Shown here: positions 62,594 to 64,000 of the stretch, in pieces | Numbering within the stretch: position 1 is the stretch's first letter | Layout: each line of letters opens with the position of its first letter | From: Acidobacteriota bacterium | GTDB taxonomy: Bacteria > Acidobacteriota > Holophagae > Thermotomaculales > Thermotomaculaceae | DNA: 64,000 nucleotides | Reading direction: 5' to 3' | Assembly (NCBI GenBank): GCA_013152385.1 | Contig: JAADGL010000016.1 | Span: forward strand, 47,694 to 111,693 | Notes under the pieces: generated by a model | Seen by the model: the letters and a program-made list of their open reading frames with translations, nothing else | The model's database searches: none | What the model was told of the DNA's origin: nothing | Translations under genes and position numbers: made by a program

Positions 62594-64000
62594 AGAAAAC
62601 AGTTTCGAACAGGTAAAGACATCTCTATCCTCTTCACCATCCGCCATTCACCGTCCACCCTCTACTGATAACAGTGAGCTGTTGTCACTCGTGATCGTGG
62701 GGCACGTGGATCATGGAAAATCCACCATTCTCGGCCGCCTTCTGGCAGACACCGGTTCATTGCCGGAAGGGAAACTGGATTTTATCCGGGAACAGTGCCG
62801 CCGGAATTCCAAACCGTTCGAGTATGCTTTTTTGCTGGATGCATTGAAAGACGAGCAGGCTCAGGGAATTACCATTGATGCGGCCCGGTGTTTCTTTAAG
62901 ACTGAAAAACGTGGCTACATTATTCTGGACGCGCCGGGGCATATTGAATTTTTGAAAAACATGGTCACCGGAGCATCCCGGGCGGAAGCGGCACTGCTTG
63001 TGATTGATGCAAAAGAAGGGGTTCGGGAAAATTCCCGGCGTCACGGCTATCTGTTATCCATGCTGGGGATTTGGCAGGTGGCGGTGGTGGTGAACAAAAT
63101 GGACCTGGTGAATTGGGATGAACAGGTGTTCCGGAGAATTAAAACCGAGTACGGAGAATTTCTCAAAAAAATCGGGGTTCAGCCCCGAATCTTCATTCCG
63201 GTATCGGGCAGGGAAGGGGACAATGTGGCTGAATTGTCAGAAAAGATGAACTGGTATACCGGACCCACTGTTCTGGAACAACTGGATGACTTTATGCCGG
63301 TCCAACCGCCGCAGGATAAACCATTCCGTATGCCGGTTCAGGCTGTTTACAAATTTACGGCAGGGGGAGATGACCGCCGGATTGTAGCCGGTTCCGTGGA
63401 GAGCGGAAAGCTTTCGGTGGGAGACGAAGTTGTTTTTTATCCGTCCGGAAAGCGCAGCCGGGTCAAGAGCATTGAGGCATTTAACCGCAGGCCGCTTCCG
63501 GATTCGGTATCTGCCGGTTATGCGACGGGGTTCACAATGGAAGAGCAGGTATATGTCCGGCGGGGGGAATTGGCTGTGCTTTCCGGAGAAGCTGCGCCGA
63601 AGGTGGGCAGACGGCTCAGGGTGAATTTATTCTGGCTGGGCAAGAATCCCTTGGTGACGGGAAAAGATTATTTTCTGAAAATCGGTACTGCCAGGGTGCG
63701 AATGCAGCTTTTTCACGTGGATCGGGTTATTGATGCCTCCACTCTGGAACCGGTAACCCGTCATGATGTGCGGCGCCACGATGTGGCGGAATGTGTGTTG
63801 GAGCTGGAACGCGCGGTAGCATTTGATACGGCATCGGAAATTCAGGAAACCAGCCGGTTTGTGATTGTGGATGATTATGAAATACGAGGCGGCGGGATTA
63901 TTCTGGGTTCATTGACAGATCAGACAAAAGATATTCGGGAAAAAGTGTTTCTGCGAAACTATAGATGGGAACGAAGCCGGATTCCCCGGGAACTCCGGGC
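62583..64000 (+). CDS. cysN: sulfate adenylyltransferase subunit 1 (GTPase), 3' end outside window; possibly a CysNC fusion
   Basis: My own translation from the ATG at 62583 gives MANKENSF...[22 protein letters not shown]...[14 protein letters not shown]...LDAPGHIEF...VVNKMDLV. The frame is open to nt 64000. It is absent from the ORF track, apparently because it has no stop in the window. Confidence 0.85.
   Translation, partial: MANKENSFEQVKTSLSSSPSAIHRPPSTDNSELLSLVIVGHVDHGKSTILGRLLADTGSLPEGKLDFIREQCRRNSKPFEYAFLLDALKDEQAQGITIDAARCFFKTEKRGYIILDAPGHIEFLKNMVTGASRAEAALLVIDAKEGVRENSRRHGYLLSMLGIWQVAVVVNKMDLVNWDEQVFRRIKTEYGEFLKKIGVQPRIFIPVSGREGDNVAELSEKMNWYTGPTVLEQLDDFMPVQPPQDKPFRMPVQAVYKFTAGGDDRRIVAGSVESGKLSVGDEVVFYPSGKRSRVKSIEAFNRRPLPDSVSAGYATGFTMEEQVYVRRGELAVLSGEAAPKVGRRLRVNLFWLGKNPLVTGKDYFLKIGTARVRMQLFHVDRVIDASTLEPVTRHDVRRHDVAECVLELERAVAFDTASEIQETSRFVIVDDYEIRGGGIILGSLTDQTKDIREKVFLRNYRWERSRIPRELR
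62636..62659. repeat. right arm of the imperfect inverted repeat (lies inside the non-conserved N-terminal codons of cysN)
   Basis: ACCATCCGCCATTCACCGTCCACC. See the left arm at 62187-62210. Confidence 0.6.

Noticed and set aside
1-64000. Prophage, integrative element, transposon, toxin-antitoxin or known defence-system genes.
   Set aside because: I recognised no integrase, transposase, recombinase, phage structural gene, TA pair or restriction/Cas/Abi-type gene. There are no tRNA genes that could serve as integration sites. The dynamin-like GTPase alone is not sufficient to call a defence system.

Overview
This 64-kb window looks like ordinary chromosome from a moderate-GC, probably uncultured bacterium. 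It holds about 60 protein genes in 11 alternating strand blocks. I recognised no rRNA, tRNA, CRISPR array, transposase or integrase.

Housekeeping and metabolic content:
- manC (5' partial)
- System II cytochrome c maturation (resB-ccsA)
- a secreted 5'-nucleotidase
- NAD salvage (pncAB)
- queDE
- mntH and usp
- a futalosine-pathway radical SAM enzyme
- a patatin lipase
- an M16 peptidase
- mutY
- a Fur-family regulator divergent from a peroxiredoxin
- glyQS
- two acyl-CoA ligases
- a galE-rfbACDB-wzz-wbaP polysaccharide block followed by cysD and cysN (3' partial)

Less ordinary content:
1. A five-gene, translationally coupled module at 28.6-30.8 kb has three EutN/CcmL-type microcompartment vertex genes interleaved with RpiB and deoxyribose-phosphate aldolase. 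Both enzymes carry N-terminal extensions. No shell hexamer or aldehyde dehydrogenase is present anywhere in the window.
2. A TetR-controlled eight-gene acyl-CoA operon at 6.1-13.3 kb combines SCP2, an SCPx-type thiolase and a FATP-like ligase with two tandem DUF2148 Cys-motif proteins. It has no hydratase and no ETF.
3. A four-helix-bundle (23S rRNA IVS protein / Avd-like) gene is wedged between cysD and cysN, flanked by a hairpin and imperfect inverted repeats.
4. An Atu/Liu-type carboxylase cluster has split BC and BCCP genes.
5. An orphan four-gene minor-pilin operon lies behind a zinc-ribbon Ser/Thr kinase.
6. A protein made of three CxxC-x17-CxxC repeats is coupled to ccsA.

Two genes (the first vertex gene and atuA) are split by frameshifts that I can localise to a few bases. 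These may be assembly indels rather than biology. All calls come from reading the translations and sequence by eye; no searches were run.
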